From Candidatus Altarchaeum sp. (GTDB taxonomy: Archaea; Altiarchaeota; Altiarchaeia; Altiarchaeales; Altiarchaeaceae), in the NCBI GenBank assembly GCA_018260755.1, contig JAGTWP010000002.1, positions 1 to 36,703 of the forward strand: 36,703 bases of DNA, in the 5' to 3' direction. Each line of letters starts with the position of its first letter. Positions within the stretch are counted from its first letter, which is position 1. This document shows, piece by piece, positions 1 to 9,503 of the stretch. A model generated the notes under the pieces. It ran no database searches. It was not told where the DNA came from and saw only the letters and a program-made list of their open reading frames with translations. The translations under genes and the position numbers were made by a program.

Positions 1-148
1 TATTTATCTTATTCAATATTATCTTATTTGTCTTATTTATCTTATTCAATATTATCTTATTCAATATTATCTTATTCAATATTATCTTATTTGTTTTATT
101 TATCTTATTCAATATTATCTTATTCAATATTATCTTATCTAATCTTAT
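1..148. repeat. Minisatellite, mosaic of ~15-nt TATCTTATTCAATAT units and TATCTTATTTG(T/C)-type variants; runs off the window start
   Basis: TATCTTATTCAATAT is repeated several times, directly downstream of the DUF763 stop codon. Confidence 0.9.
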
Positions 149-1264
149 TTAAATTTCTTCCGGTAAAAATTCCTTTAGTCGCCTCAATGCCTTAATTTTT
201 TCATGAGCACCTATTTTTGCATTTTCAAGCCCTGTCTTTAATGTTTCTATTGACTTGTCTAATAATTTCCTACTCACTTTGTAGGGATAACCGTCCTTCC
301 CGCCGTGAGCAAAACTATATTTAACAGGATCTTTCCACGATGGCTTTTCACCATAAACCAAATCACTAAGCAAGGCCAGCGCTCTTATTGTTCCAGCTCC
401 AATACCCTTAATTGAAATTAAGTCCTCATAGTTTTTCGGCTGGGATTCATAAGCCAAATTCAGTGCTTTTGCAATTCTTTCCGAATTCATCAGATTTTCA
501 TAGCCATTCAGATAAATTTCGTGGTGCCTTGGCATTTTAAAATTTTCAAGTTCAAACAATGTGGTTTGTTTGCCGAAATAAAATTTTGTACCTTTTTCTT
601 TTGCTAAATCAACGCTGCATTTTCTCGCATTTTTGCTTTCTTCGGCAACCATATTTAACGGATTGACCTTAACATCACAGCTTATGCCCGTATGTGGTTC
701 ATTAACAAAACTTTCATATTCTCTTAAATTTTCAGAAAGCCAGTGATACCTTCTTGCATACGATGTTTCCTGATTCATCCCCTGCTGAATAACTGCCCAT
801 TTCCCATCCTCGCTCAAAACAAAAGAATGATGGTAAATTTCAAAATTATCCTGCAAACAATTATTATCAACCTTTGCGGAAAGACGGCTCGCTTTAATAA
901 CTTCATCGGTTTTTTGCTGCGACAGATTAAATTTTTCAGAAAAATTTTGTATTTCAGCAGGTGTATTTCTTGATGCATTTCCCTTGCCACCCAAAAAAGC
1001 AATTCCGATATCTTCATTGTTCAATGCCTGTTTCAATGCCCCGCAGGAAACCGTTGTCGTTCCGGATGAATGCCAGTCAAAACCGATAGCGCATGCAAAT
1101 CCCTGAAACCAGAAAGGATCGCTCAATCTCCTCAGAAATTCGTCCCTTCCGAACTCGTATATTATGACCTTTGAAATTTCCCTGCTCAAATTAACCATTC
1201 GTTCAAAAAGCCATCTCGGAGTTGTGCCAGGGTGTAAAGGTAAATCAACAAAGCCGGTTTTCAT
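149..1264 (-). CDS. DUF763 domain-containing protein
   Basis: 371 aa; DLPLH..PRWLFERM, DWHSSGTTT, QQGMN..ARRYHW and FAHGGKDG.PY motifs typical of DUF763. Confidence 0.85.
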   Translation of the reverse strand: MKTGFVDLPLHPGTTPRWLFERMVNLSREISKVIIYEFGRDEFLRRLSDPFWFQGFACAIGFDWHSSGTTTVSCGALKQALNNEDIGIAFLGGKGNASRNTPAEIQNFSEKFNLSQQKTDEVIKASRLSAKVDNNCLQDNFEIYHHSFVLSEDGKWAVIQQGMNQETSYARRYHWLSENLREYESFVNEPHTGISCDVKVNPLNMVAEESKNARKCSVDLAKEKGTKFYFGKQTTLFELENFKMPRHHEIYLNGYENLMNSERIAKALNLAYESQPKNYEDLISIKGIGAGTIRALALLSDLVYGEKPSWKDPVKYSFAHGGKDGYPYKVSRKLLDKSIETLKTGLENAKIGAHEKIKALRRLKEFLPEEI

Positions 1265-1383
1265 AGGAAATTTATGAATTTTTTAACAAGAATTAAATTT
1301 TTAAGTTAATGTTTATATTTTGACTTAATGTTTATATCCATAAAAGTATAACCGTCATTATACAAATGGCCATTATAGAAAGA

Positions 1384-1720
1384 TCGAAGAAGAGCGAAAT
1401 TTATCATTGGTTTATGAAGGGATATTGATGGCAATTGCTATTGGAAAAGAAAATTATGGAGAAATTTCATCTAATTTATTCTCAAAGAAACGGATAAAAA
1501 AGGACGATCCGAGTATAATCCAGCGATACCTGCACAATCTTCGACAATTTGGAATAGTTAAAGGAATAACTGTTTATCAAAGAAAGGGGGTTTGTGTATA
1601 AACTTACTGAGACAAAAGAAAAGATATTATTTGTTCTTGATAAAAAAATTTATCTGAAAAATCCGAAAAATTTGAAATGGATAAAGATAGTTGATGTTAT
1701 GGATTTTGTTAAATTATAAA
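1384..1720 (+). pseudogene. Remnant of an archaeal ATPase/winged-helix protein
   Basis: Fragment IEEERNLSLVYEGILMAIAIGKENYGEISSNLFSKK...IQRYLHNLRQFGIV has no proper start and ends early; resembles the wHTH region of archaeal ATPases; boundaries approximate. Confidence 0.45.
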
Positions 1721-1757
1721 CTACTCATATTCCTTTATTTCTTTCTATATTCCTTGT

Positions 1758-2315
1758 TTATCCTTTTTCTTTTTTAAATAATGTGTTTTTAAGTATGTAT
1801 TCCATTGCATATAAAATGCCGCCAGCAATCATTAAGATAGCAAAAACTTCAAGAACTATATCTCCAGTATTTTCCATATCCTCCACTGTTTGAAATATTA
1901 ATATACCTGCAATATTATACATTAACATGATTATCCCCATCACAATAATAAACACAAATCCAAGTACAACAAGTAATAAACCAATGCTTTTATTTTTCAT
2001 GAATTTTGCAGTAAGATATATGGCAAGAAATATAAAAAATGTTATCACAACAAGCAGGGAGAAATTTTCTGCTAAATCATTTTTTACAAAGATTCTAATA
2101 TTCATTGCTATCATAAGTAACAACCAAAAAAGAGATACTTCTATTTGATGTTTTTTGGCCCATTCCGGATCCCATAATTTATCTATTTTTTCTCCAAATT
2201 CCAGAATTTTATTTTTTATTCTGTACATTGTTTGACTTATAACCTTTAAAATTTCCCAACTCAAATTAACCCTCCTTTCAAAATTGTTCCAAAATGCAAA
2301 TGTAAAGCAAACCAA
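1758..2315 (-). CDS. Hypothetical membrane protein (about 4 TM helices); true start may be a downstream ATG
   Basis: 185-aa ORF with several hydrophobic stretches; no family recognised. Confidence 0.6.
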   Translation of the reverse strand: MVCFTFAFWNNFERRVNLSWEILKVISQTMYRIKNKILEFGEKIDKLWDPEWAKKHQIEVSLFWLLLMIAMNIRIFVKNDLAENFSLLVVITFFIFLAIYLTAKFMKNKSIGLLLVVLGFVFIIVMGIIMLMYNIAGILIFQTVEDMENTGDIVLEVFAILMIAGGILYAMEYILKNTLFKKEKG

Positions 2316-2336
2316 GTTTTAACCACATCGGCACAT

Positions 2337-2465
2337 CTAATGTATTAAGCCATACAAAGACAGATACCACACCGCAAGCACAATTACACCTATTAAAACC
2401 AATGCGGTAAATATAGGCCATATAACCATATTCATATCCCAAAAGTATTTTTTCACTCCACCCAT
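2337..2465 (-). CDS. Possible 42-aa single-pass membrane peptide (MGGVKKYFWDMNMVIWPIFTALVLIGVIVLAVWYLSLYGLIH)
   Basis: Translated by hand; ATG start, one long hydrophobic segment, TAG stop; below the ORF-track cutoff. Confidence 0.4.
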   Translation of the reverse strand: MGGVKKYFWDMNMVIWPIFTALVLIGVIVLAVWYLSLYGLIH

Positions 2466-2582
2466 TTTACTATATTTTTTAACAAATATATAATTATAAT
2501 CCTAGATATAATAAATTTATAATTTTATCTTAAATAATTTAATCTTTAAACCAATAAATTCATATTAATAAATATAATCATA

Positions 2583-4205
2583 ATGACAGACGATGCAAAA
2601 AAGGCAACAAAATATATAAAAAATGTAAAATTTCCCCGCCTGACTATATTGATATTACTGGACTTGTTAATTCCACTGGTATTTTCAATCGTATTTTCGG
2701 ACTTTGTGTTTCTTTTATTGTTTGGGATTCCATCGGTCATAGCAACATTTGTGCCGGGGGGAATAAAGTACAGGCAGGCAGAGATAATAAATTTTATCTC
2801 AACAATAATTGAATGTATCATATTTGCGTTCGGAATTTTAATATCCAAAGAGTATGAAATATCTAATATCGTTTATATATCGCTTGCGGTGGCGATTTCA
2901 TTTACATTTGCGGCAAGAATTGCCATATACAGGACTTTAAAAATGTCACTCCAAAAAGCCATTGTAAGAAGCAGCATAAGATTGTTAATTGCGTTCTTCT
3001 TCTTCTCTTTTTTTAAGTTAGGAGATGTAAGATTTATGGGTGAACGGCTTGTGCTTATTGTCTCAATGTTTACCTTAATCGTCATAACTTTTATTTACTT
3101 ATTATCAAAGCCGTTTGAGAAAACAATAGGTATAAATCCTTTTGATATGGCGTGGGCATTTGCGAATGACTGGGTAAATGGCACTAATACTATTGAATCA
3201 TCACTTATGAAAGGAAGCGAGGAAGGAAACGTTGTTGTCCACATTATAAATTTTACTGACAAACACGGAAATTTAAAGGCAAATTTTATTATTCCTTACA
3301 TTCATCCCGGTCCCTTTGGAAATGTCGGAAGTGCGAACATGCCTAAAATTTTTCACGAAAATATAGAACATTCTTTTACCTTTCACGGCTCATGCACACA
3401 CGAATTAAATTTAATAAAAAACAGCGATGTTTATGCTATAATGAATGATATAAAAGAAGAAATAAGCCATCTTGCAGACAGGGACAATGAAAATGTATTA
3501 ACCGAATACGGGAAATTTATTTCGGACGGGAAAATTTCTGTATTGCAGGTGGATTCACCATATTTAGAAAGAGTTGTTTTTTGTGACGGAGACGGAGATA
3601 TTGATGTCGGAATAGGATTGGCATGCAGCAATGTGTTTATTGACCTGCACAGTTCGGGAAATGACGAAGAAATTACTACTGCCTCCACAAAAAGAGGTAT
3701 GGAAATTATAAATAAAGCAGGAAATTTAATAGTAAATTTAAAAGAGATTGAAAGTAAGAAAATACATCTGGGAATTGCAAAAGGCACTGTTCAGGATTGT
3801 GATGTCCGTGTCGCATTTTTTGATTTAAATGAGCCATTTGCATTATTATTATTTGATTCAAACAATATGCAAAACCGGGAAATTTTAAATATATTAAGGC
3901 AAAAATTTAAATTTCCCATCTTTATCTGCACGACAGATGACCATCAGAGAGATAACGGAAAATTTATGATTGAAATTGTCAAAGATGATGTTAATGATGT
4001 TTCAAATTTAATTGAAAAGGCAATGAATGATATATGTGATGTATATGTTAAATTCGGAAAAATTGAGAGAGATGTAAGGGTCATGGGAAGGGAATATGAA
4101 ATGTTACAGGCGGCAAATTTTATGACTGTGTTGCTGAAATTTTTACTTCCGTTTTTGATTTTTATTACTGTATTTTTTGTTTTTGTCGCGATTGTGATGC
4201 TGTAA
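2583..4205 (+). CDS. DUF2070 family archaeal membrane protein
   Basis: N-terminal TM helices, IPYIHPGPFGNVGS and FHGSCTHELN motifs, TTDDH, C-terminal TM helix. Confidence 0.8.
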   Translation: MTDDAKKATKYIKNVKFPRLTILILLDLLIPLVFSIVFSDFVFLLLFGIPSVIATFVPGGIKYRQAEIINFISTIIECIIFAFGILISKEYEISNIVYISLAVAISFTFAARIAIYRTLKMSLQKAIVRSSIRLLIAFFFFSFFKLGDVRFMGERLVLIVSMFTLIVITFIYLLSKPFEKTIGINPFDMAWAFANDWVNGTNTIESSLMKGSEEGNVVVHIINFTDKHGNLKANFIIPYIHPGPFGNVGSANMPKIFHENIEHSFTFHGSCTHELNLIKNSDVYAIMNDIKEEISHLADRDNENVLTEYGKFISDGKISVLQVDSPYLERVVFCDGDGDIDVGIGLACSNVFIDLHSSGNDEEITTASTKRGMEIINKAGNLIVNLKEIESKKIHLGIAKGTVQDCDVRVAFFDLNEPFALLLFDSNNMQNREILNILRQKFKFPIFICTTDDHQRDNGKFMIEIVKDDVNDVSNLIEKAMNDICDVYVKFGKIERDVRVMGREYEMLQAANFMTVLLKFLLPFLIFITVFFVFVAIVML

Positions 4206-4261
4206 GATAAGAAAATAGAACATAAAAAAATTTTAAAATTTTAAAAAAGAACATAGATAAA

Positions 4262-5064
4262 ATGATTTTGGGCTTTTACGGGAATTCAAATTCAGGAAAG
4301 ACCACATTGATAGAGAAAATTTGCAGGAAATTAAAAAAGGAAAATTTAAAAATTGCAGTTATTAAGCATATTCCCCACAAAAATTTTTCCATTGATATCA
4401 AAACAAAAGATACGGGAAAATTTAAAAATTTGGGAGTTGATGTCGTTGCATTTTCTCCCGATGAGACGGCTTTTATACTTGACGGGATGAATTTTAGCGA
4501 TATGATTTCCAAATTAGAACATATAGACAGTTATGATGTCCTTTTGGTTGAAGGACTAAAAAAACAGAATATTCCGAAAATCAGAGTGGGGGATTGCCCA
4601 ATGGAAAGTAAGACAATAATAGATTATAAAGGTCCAAACGATTTAAAAACTATTTTAAAATGGATAAAAAACGAGATTCAAAAAGAGGAAAAGGAGTGGG
4701 AAGAAAAAAAGAAGATTTTGGTACGGATAATACGAGGGGAAAAGATAAGAACAACAAAGTTAAAAGGGACGAAGGTAAGAACGACAAAGTTAAAAGAGAG
4801 AGGGGTAAGAACGACAAAGTTAAAAGAGAGAGGGGTAAGAACGACAAAGTTAAAAGAGAAGAAAGTAAGAACGACAAAGTTAAAAGGGAAGAAGGTAAGA
4901 ACGACAAAGACAATAAAGACGAAGTAATTGTTATCGTGAATGGAAAAAGATTACCGATGGGAAATTTTCCGAAAAAGATAATAAAAGAGATTGTTGTAGC
5001 GATGGTATCTTCATTAAGAGGCGGAGAAGGAGTGGAAGAAATAGAGATAAATATTATAAAATAA
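4262..5064 (+). CDS. mobB: Molybdopterin-guanine dinucleotide biosynthesis protein B, split over two frames (4262..4927 and 4660..5064)
   Basis: P-loop GNSNSGKTT, IKH, KDT and LVEGLK in frame 1; the archaeal MobB-like C-terminal domain VIVNGKRLPMGNF..IIKEIVVAMVSSLRG lies in the -1 frame; next to moaC. Confidence 0.8.
4741..4909 (+). repeat. 30-nt coding tandem repeat, about 5.6 copies (core GGTAAGAACGACAAAGTTAAAAG)
   Basis: Units start at 4741, 4771, 4801, 4831, 4861 and 4891. Confidence 0.95.
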
Positions 5065-5088
5065 GAAAATCAAGAATTCATAAGAAAA

Positions 5089-5538
5089 ATGAGGGTTAAT
5101 ATGGTTGATATTTCGGAAAAAGACATTGTTGAAAGAATCGCAATTGCAGAAGGAAAAATTTATCTAAAAAATGAAACAATAAACAAAATTTTAAAAAAAG
5201 AAATCAAAAAAGGCGATGTATTAACAGTCGCAGAAATTTCAGCAATAAACGCAGTTAAAAAGACCCCGGATTTAATTCTGTTGTGCCATCAGATTCCGAT
5301 AGCAAATGTTGATGTCTATTTTAAAATTAATGAAAAGGAAAATTCAATAACTGCAAATGTTAAGGTTAAGACAATTGCAAAAACAGGTGTTGAAATGGAC
5401 GCATTGACTGGAGTAACCGTTGCATTGCTGACAATCTGGGATATGACAAAGTATCTTGAAAAAGACAATAAAGGACAATACAAAACAACAAAAATAAGTG
5501 ATATTGAAGTTATTGAAAAAATTAAAAAAGAAAAATAA
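5089..5538 (+). CDS. moaC: Cyclic pyranopterin monophosphate synthase MoaC
   Basis: [34 protein letters not shown] motifs. Confidence 0.95.
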   Translation: MRVNMVDISEKDIVERIAIAEGKIYLKNETINKILKKEIKKGDVLTVAEISAINAVKKTPDLILLCHQIPIANVDVYFKINEKENSITANVKVKTIAKTGVEMDALTGVTVALLTIWDMTKYLEKDNKGQYKTTKISDIEVIEKIKKEK

Positions 5539-5600
5539 AAAACAAGAAGAAAAAAGGTATTCACGCTTTATATTTCTTTGCATCTAATTTATGATTTACC

Positions 5601-7205
5601 TCACATTCCTGGTGGCATACCTCCTCCTTTTTTTGTTGATGCGATTACATCATCAATTCTTAAAATCATATCAACTGCTTCCGTTGCAGATTTCAATGCC
5701 TGAATTTTTACCTTTAACGGCTCTACAACATTCTTTTCATACATATTGCCGGTTTTTCCTGCTACAACATCCACTCCGTAGTCCTTTTTCCCTTCGCTAT
5801 AATGCTTCCTTAAATTTACCAAGGTATCAATCACATCCATTCCTGCACTTTCCGCAAGTGTTTTCGGAATATCTTCTAATGCATCTGCAAATTTTTTTAC
5901 TGCTAACTGCTCTTTTCCGCTTTGTGTTACTGCAAATTTTCTTAATTCTTCTGCCGCCGCAATCTCAACAGCGCCACCTCCGGTTACAATCTTTTTCATC
6001 TCTAATGCACTTGAAAGAGAACCCAAACCGTCTTTTATAGCTCTTTCCAGTTCATCAATAACATGTTCTGTTCCGCCCCTTAATATAATTGTAGCCACCT
6101 TCGGATTTACGCAGTCCTTTACAAATATAAAATCATCCCCTGCCATTTTTGTCTGCTCAACAACACCCGCCTTTCCAAGTGAGTCGGAACTTAAATTTCT
6201 CATAGAATTTATAATCTTTGCATTTGTTGCCTTTGAAAGTTTTTTCATATCACTTTCCTTTACTCTCCTTGCAGCCATAATTCCGCTTTTTGCCAGATAA
6301 TACTGTGCCATATCATCAATTCCTTTCTGACAAAACACAACATTTGCACCCGTTTTCTTTACTGACTCAACCATGTCTTTTAACATTTTTTCTTCTTCAT
6401 CCAAAAATGCCTGCATTTGTGCCGGTGAGTCAATTTCTATCTCGCCCTTTGTTTCTGTTTTCTTTACTTCAATAGCAGCATTAAGAAGTAATATTTTTGC
6501 CTTTGTTACTTTTTTTGGCATTTGCGCATGCACAACTTCCTTTTCAATAACCATGCCTTTAACAATCTCCGAATCGCTTACTGATCCACCCTTTTTCTTT
6601 ATTATCTGTACATTGTCCTGATCAATCTTTAATTTTCCATCGGTAGTTTCTGCTATTGTTTTGATTGCTTCCACACATAATTTTCCTATATGTGACGGAT
6701 CTACATCAAGTGTTTTTCCTGCTACGGAAACGGATGCAATTTTAATTAATGCCTCATTGTCGTTTAAGTCAATATCCTGTGCATTATCTTCCAAATACTT
6801 TTGTATATGTTCCTGTGCTGCTCTATATCCGGATATTATAACTGACGGATGTATATCCTTTCCAAATAAGTCCATTGCCCCTTCCAATAATTTACCTGCA
6901 TATATCAAAGCGGTAGTTGTTCCGTCACCGACTTCTTTATCCTGTGTTTTTGCTATTTCAACCATTAGTTTTGCCGCCGGATGTTCAACCTTTAATTTAT
7001 CTACGATAGTTGCCCCGTCATTTGTTATGGTTATATCCCCCATATCATCCACAAGCATTTTATCCATTCCTTTAGGTCCTAATGTTGTCTTAACTGCGTC
7101 ACTTACGGCCTTTGCCGCAGATATATTTGCCCTCATTGCATTACCTCCCAAAAGTCGTTCATATCCCTCAGGTAATACCAAAACTTGCATTTGTTGTTGT
7201 GCCAT
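5601..7205 (-). CDS. ths: Thermosome subunit (group II chaperonin)
   Basis: TLGPKGMDKM, ITNDGATI, GDGTTT, ILRIDD motifs and GGGMPPGM tail. Confidence 0.97.
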   Translation of the reverse strand: MAQQQMQVLVLPEGYERLLGGNAMRANISAAKAVSDAVKTTLGPKGMDKMLVDDMGDITITNDGATIVDKLKVEHPAAKLMVEIAKTQDKEVGDGTTTALIYAGKLLEGAMDLFGKDIHPSVIISGYRAAQEHIQKYLEDNAQDIDLNDNEALIKIASVSVAGKTLDVDPSHIGKLCVEAIKTIAETTDGKLKIDQDNVQIIKKKGGSVSDSEIVKGMVIEKEVVHAQMPKKVTKAKILLLNAAIEVKKTETKGEIEIDSPAQMQAFLDEEEKMLKDMVESVKKTGANVVFCQKGIDDMAQYYLAKSGIMAARRVKESDMKKLSKATNAKIINSMRNLSSDSLGKAGVVEQTKMAGDDFIFVKDCVNPKVATIILRGGTEHVIDELERAIKDGLGSLSSALEMKKIVTGGGAVEIAAAEELRKFAVTQSGKEQLAVKKFADALEDIPKTLAESAGMDVIDTLVNLRKHYSEGKKDYGVDVVAGKTGNMYEKNVVEPLKVKIQALKSATEAVDMILRIDDVIASTKKGGGMPPGM

Positions 7206-7232
7206 TTTTACCTTTATTATTTTTTAAAAATT

Positions 7233-7380
7233 TATTTTATATTATCTTATTTTATTATCCGATTTTATTTTATTATCTTATTTTATTATCCGATTTTATT
7301 TTATTATCCTATTTTATTATCCGATTTTATTTTATTATCCTATTTTATTATCCGATTTTATTTTATTATCCTATTTTATT
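7233..7380. repeat. 31-nt tandem repeat ATTTTATTTTATTATCCTATTTTATTATCCG, about 4.7 copies, in the divergent ths/thiC intergenic region
   Basis: CCG anchors at 7259, 7290, 7321 and 7352 give a period of 31. Confidence 0.95.
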
Positions 7381-7529
7381 TTACTTTTTATTATTTGGCT
7401 TTATTATTTGACCTATTAATTATTTCTTTTTATTAATTACACTTATTTTATTAAATATTCTTGTTTTATTAATTAGTTTGAGTGTATATAAATTAAATTT
7501 TAAAGATTAAAAATAAATTAGAAATTTCA

Positions 7530-8816
7530 ATGGAAACAGCAATAAAAGAAACAATAGTTGAGCAGTGCAAAGCAGGAAAAATTCCCGAAGAAGCAAAATT
7601 TATCGCAAGTACCGAAAACAAAGATGTAAATTTCATAGTAAAAGAAATAGCCAGCGGAAGAATTGTTGTATTAAAAAGGTCACCGAAAAATTCAAAATTT
7701 GTCGGAATCGGACATGGATTAAGAACAAAATTAAATGTGAATCTCGGAACATCGTCTGTCGGAGAAATTTCAGAAGAGGTTGAAAAAGCAAAAATTGCAG
7801 AGAAATTTAAAATAGATGCAATCACTGAAATGTCTATGTGCGGAGATATAGATAAAATAAGAGAAAATATCTTTAAGTCCGCAACAATGCCGGTAATTAC
7901 CTGTCCGATATATCAGGTTGCGGCAGAAAGTTTTGGCAAAAATAATGGCTTTAAATTTAATGACGGAGAAATTTTAAGTATGATTGAAAGGCACCTAAAA
8001 GAAGGTGTTAGTGCAGTTGTTCTGCATTTATCAATGACAAAGGAGGCAATACAAAAATTAAAAAATACGAAAAGAATAGATAATATTGTTTCAAAAGGCG
8101 GGGCATTAACCGCTGCTTATATGATTGAAAATAATTGTGAAAATCCCTTTATTGAAAATTTTGCTCAAATTATGGAAATTTTGCATGCTTATGATGCAGC
8201 ATTAATTCTAGGAAATGTTATGCGTTCGGGAGGTGTTTGCGATGAAATGGATGAATTGCACATAGGGGAGATGAAAATGAACAGAAATTTTGCAAATAAG
8301 GCACACAGGCACGGAATTCAGGTTATAATTGAAGCGTTGGGCGGGCATATTGCGGCAAAAAATTTAATAAAATATACAAAATTTTACAGAAAGAATATAA
8401 AATTTCCGTTGTTTGCTTCGGGACCTGTGCCTATTGACAGTGCACTTGGATATGACCATATTGCGGCATCTCTCGGAGCAGGGATTATTGCGGGACACGG
8501 TGCTGACTTTTTATGCTGCATAACTCCTGCCGAACATTTGGCGTTGCCGACCGTTGAAGATGTGAAAGAGGGAATTATTACATTTAAAATTGTTGCTGAA
8601 TTTGCCGATGCGATGAAATATGGAATAAGCGAGAGAGATAGAGTAATGGATGAAGCAAGGGACTTACATGACTGGGAAAAGCAGTTTGGTCTGGCAATAG
8701 ATGGCGGGGAAAGAGCAAGACAAAAAGGCAAAAATTTAATTAAAGGAATAGGTTGTACAATGTGTGGGAGATATTGTGCGGTTGATGTGATGAAAAAATA
8801 TCTGAATAAGATTTAA
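7530..8816 (+). CDS. thiC: ThiC/Bza-family radical SAM enzyme (phosphomethylpyrimidine synthase-like), divergent
   Basis: GIGHGLRTKLNVNLGTS, GYDHI, TPAEHLALP and C-terminal CTMCGRYC cluster motif. Confidence 0.75.
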   Translation: METAIKETIVEQCKAGKIPEEAKFIASTENKDVNFIVKEIASGRIVVLKRSPKNSKFVGIGHGLRTKLNVNLGTSSVGEISEEVEKAKIAEKFKIDAITEMSMCGDIDKIRENIFKSATMPVITCPIYQVAAESFGKNNGFKFNDGEILSMIERHLKEGVSAVVLHLSMTKEAIQKLKNTKRIDNIVSKGGALTAAYMIENNCENPFIENFAQIMEILHAYDAALILGNVMRSGGVCDEMDELHIGEMKMNRNFANKAHRHGIQVIIEALGGHIAAKNLIKYTKFYRKNIKFPLFASGPVPIDSALGYDHIAASLGAGIIAGHGADFLCCITPAEHLALPTVEDVKEGIITFKIVAEFADAMKYGISERDRVMDEARDLHDWEKQFGLAIDGGERARQKGKNLIKGIGCTMCGRYCAVDVMKKYLNKI

Positions 8817-8842
8817 TAAGATTTTGTGTTGTGGGAACATTT

Positions 8843-9503
8843 TTAACTGGATAATAATTTAAATAATTCTTTCCATTTCTTTATATGTTCTTTCTTAATC
8901 TCTGTCGTTTTTGAGAACTCAATTTATAAGTTTTTTGTATAATTATCAATAAATTTACTATGGTCATCCAATAATTAAGTAATACTTTAATGAAGATATT
9001 AACCCATTCACTATAACTTCGCAACCATGCTTATTTCTTATATCCTCAATCAATTCTAAAATTTTAGTAACTATTCAGAGGGTATTTTCAAAATGAAATT
9101 TTGAAATACTAAAAATTATAAATTTTTAATCTTTAAAAATCTGCAAGATTTTTAAATACTGAAAATATTCAGATTTTCAATCTTACAAAATGCAAAGCAT
9201 TTTGTAAATCTCCGAACGAAGTGAGGTGACAAAATTTTACTGAAAATTTATAAATAAATATTCAATCTTAAAAAATATTTCAAATATTTTTTAATACATG
9301 CGATTTTCAAACTTGTTTGAAAATACACGAACGAAGTCCGCTCACTTTCGTTCGTGTATTTTTCAAACGAAATCGTTTGAAAAATGAGCGTAAAATTTCA
9401 AAAAATTTACCATTAATTTTTTGGGTGGCTGAATAGTTACAAATTTTATTTTCTTCACCCTGCATAATATTTGGTTCTAATGTTGTTAGCAAATAATATC
9501 TTT
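8843..9503 (-). pseudogene. 3' remnant of a gene, tentatively restriction-endonuclease-like; interrupted by MITE-A and truncated at MITE-B
   Basis: Removing 9067-9440 plus one TSD joins RYYLLTTLEPNIMQGEENKI to LELIEDIRNKHGCEVIVNGLISSLKYYL in frame; a further frameshift and a stop follow; family assignment is from recall only. Confidence 0.55.
9067..9440. mobile_element. MITE-A: 374-bp non-autonomous element, 12-bp perfect TIR GTAACTATTCAG, 8-bp TSD AAATTTTA
   Basis: GTAACTATTCAG at 9067-9078 and CTGAATAGTTAC at 9429-9440; AAATTTTA at 9059-9066 and 9441-9448; excision restores a reading frame. Confidence 0.9.

Noticed and set aside
4650-4913. Leu/Ser-rich minus-strand ORF
   Set aside because: Antisense shadow of the 30-nt purine-rich repeat
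5591-7227. Several plus-strand ORFs opposite ths (and similar shadows opposite other genes)
   Set aside because: Antisense to well-supported genes, with no recognisable motifs
7112-7436. Two hydrophobic ORFs
   Set aside because: Translations of the 31-nt T-rich tandem repeat overlapping the ths start
9307-9492. 61-aa ORF as a real gene
   Set aside because: Chimera of the pseudogene fragment reading into MITE-A
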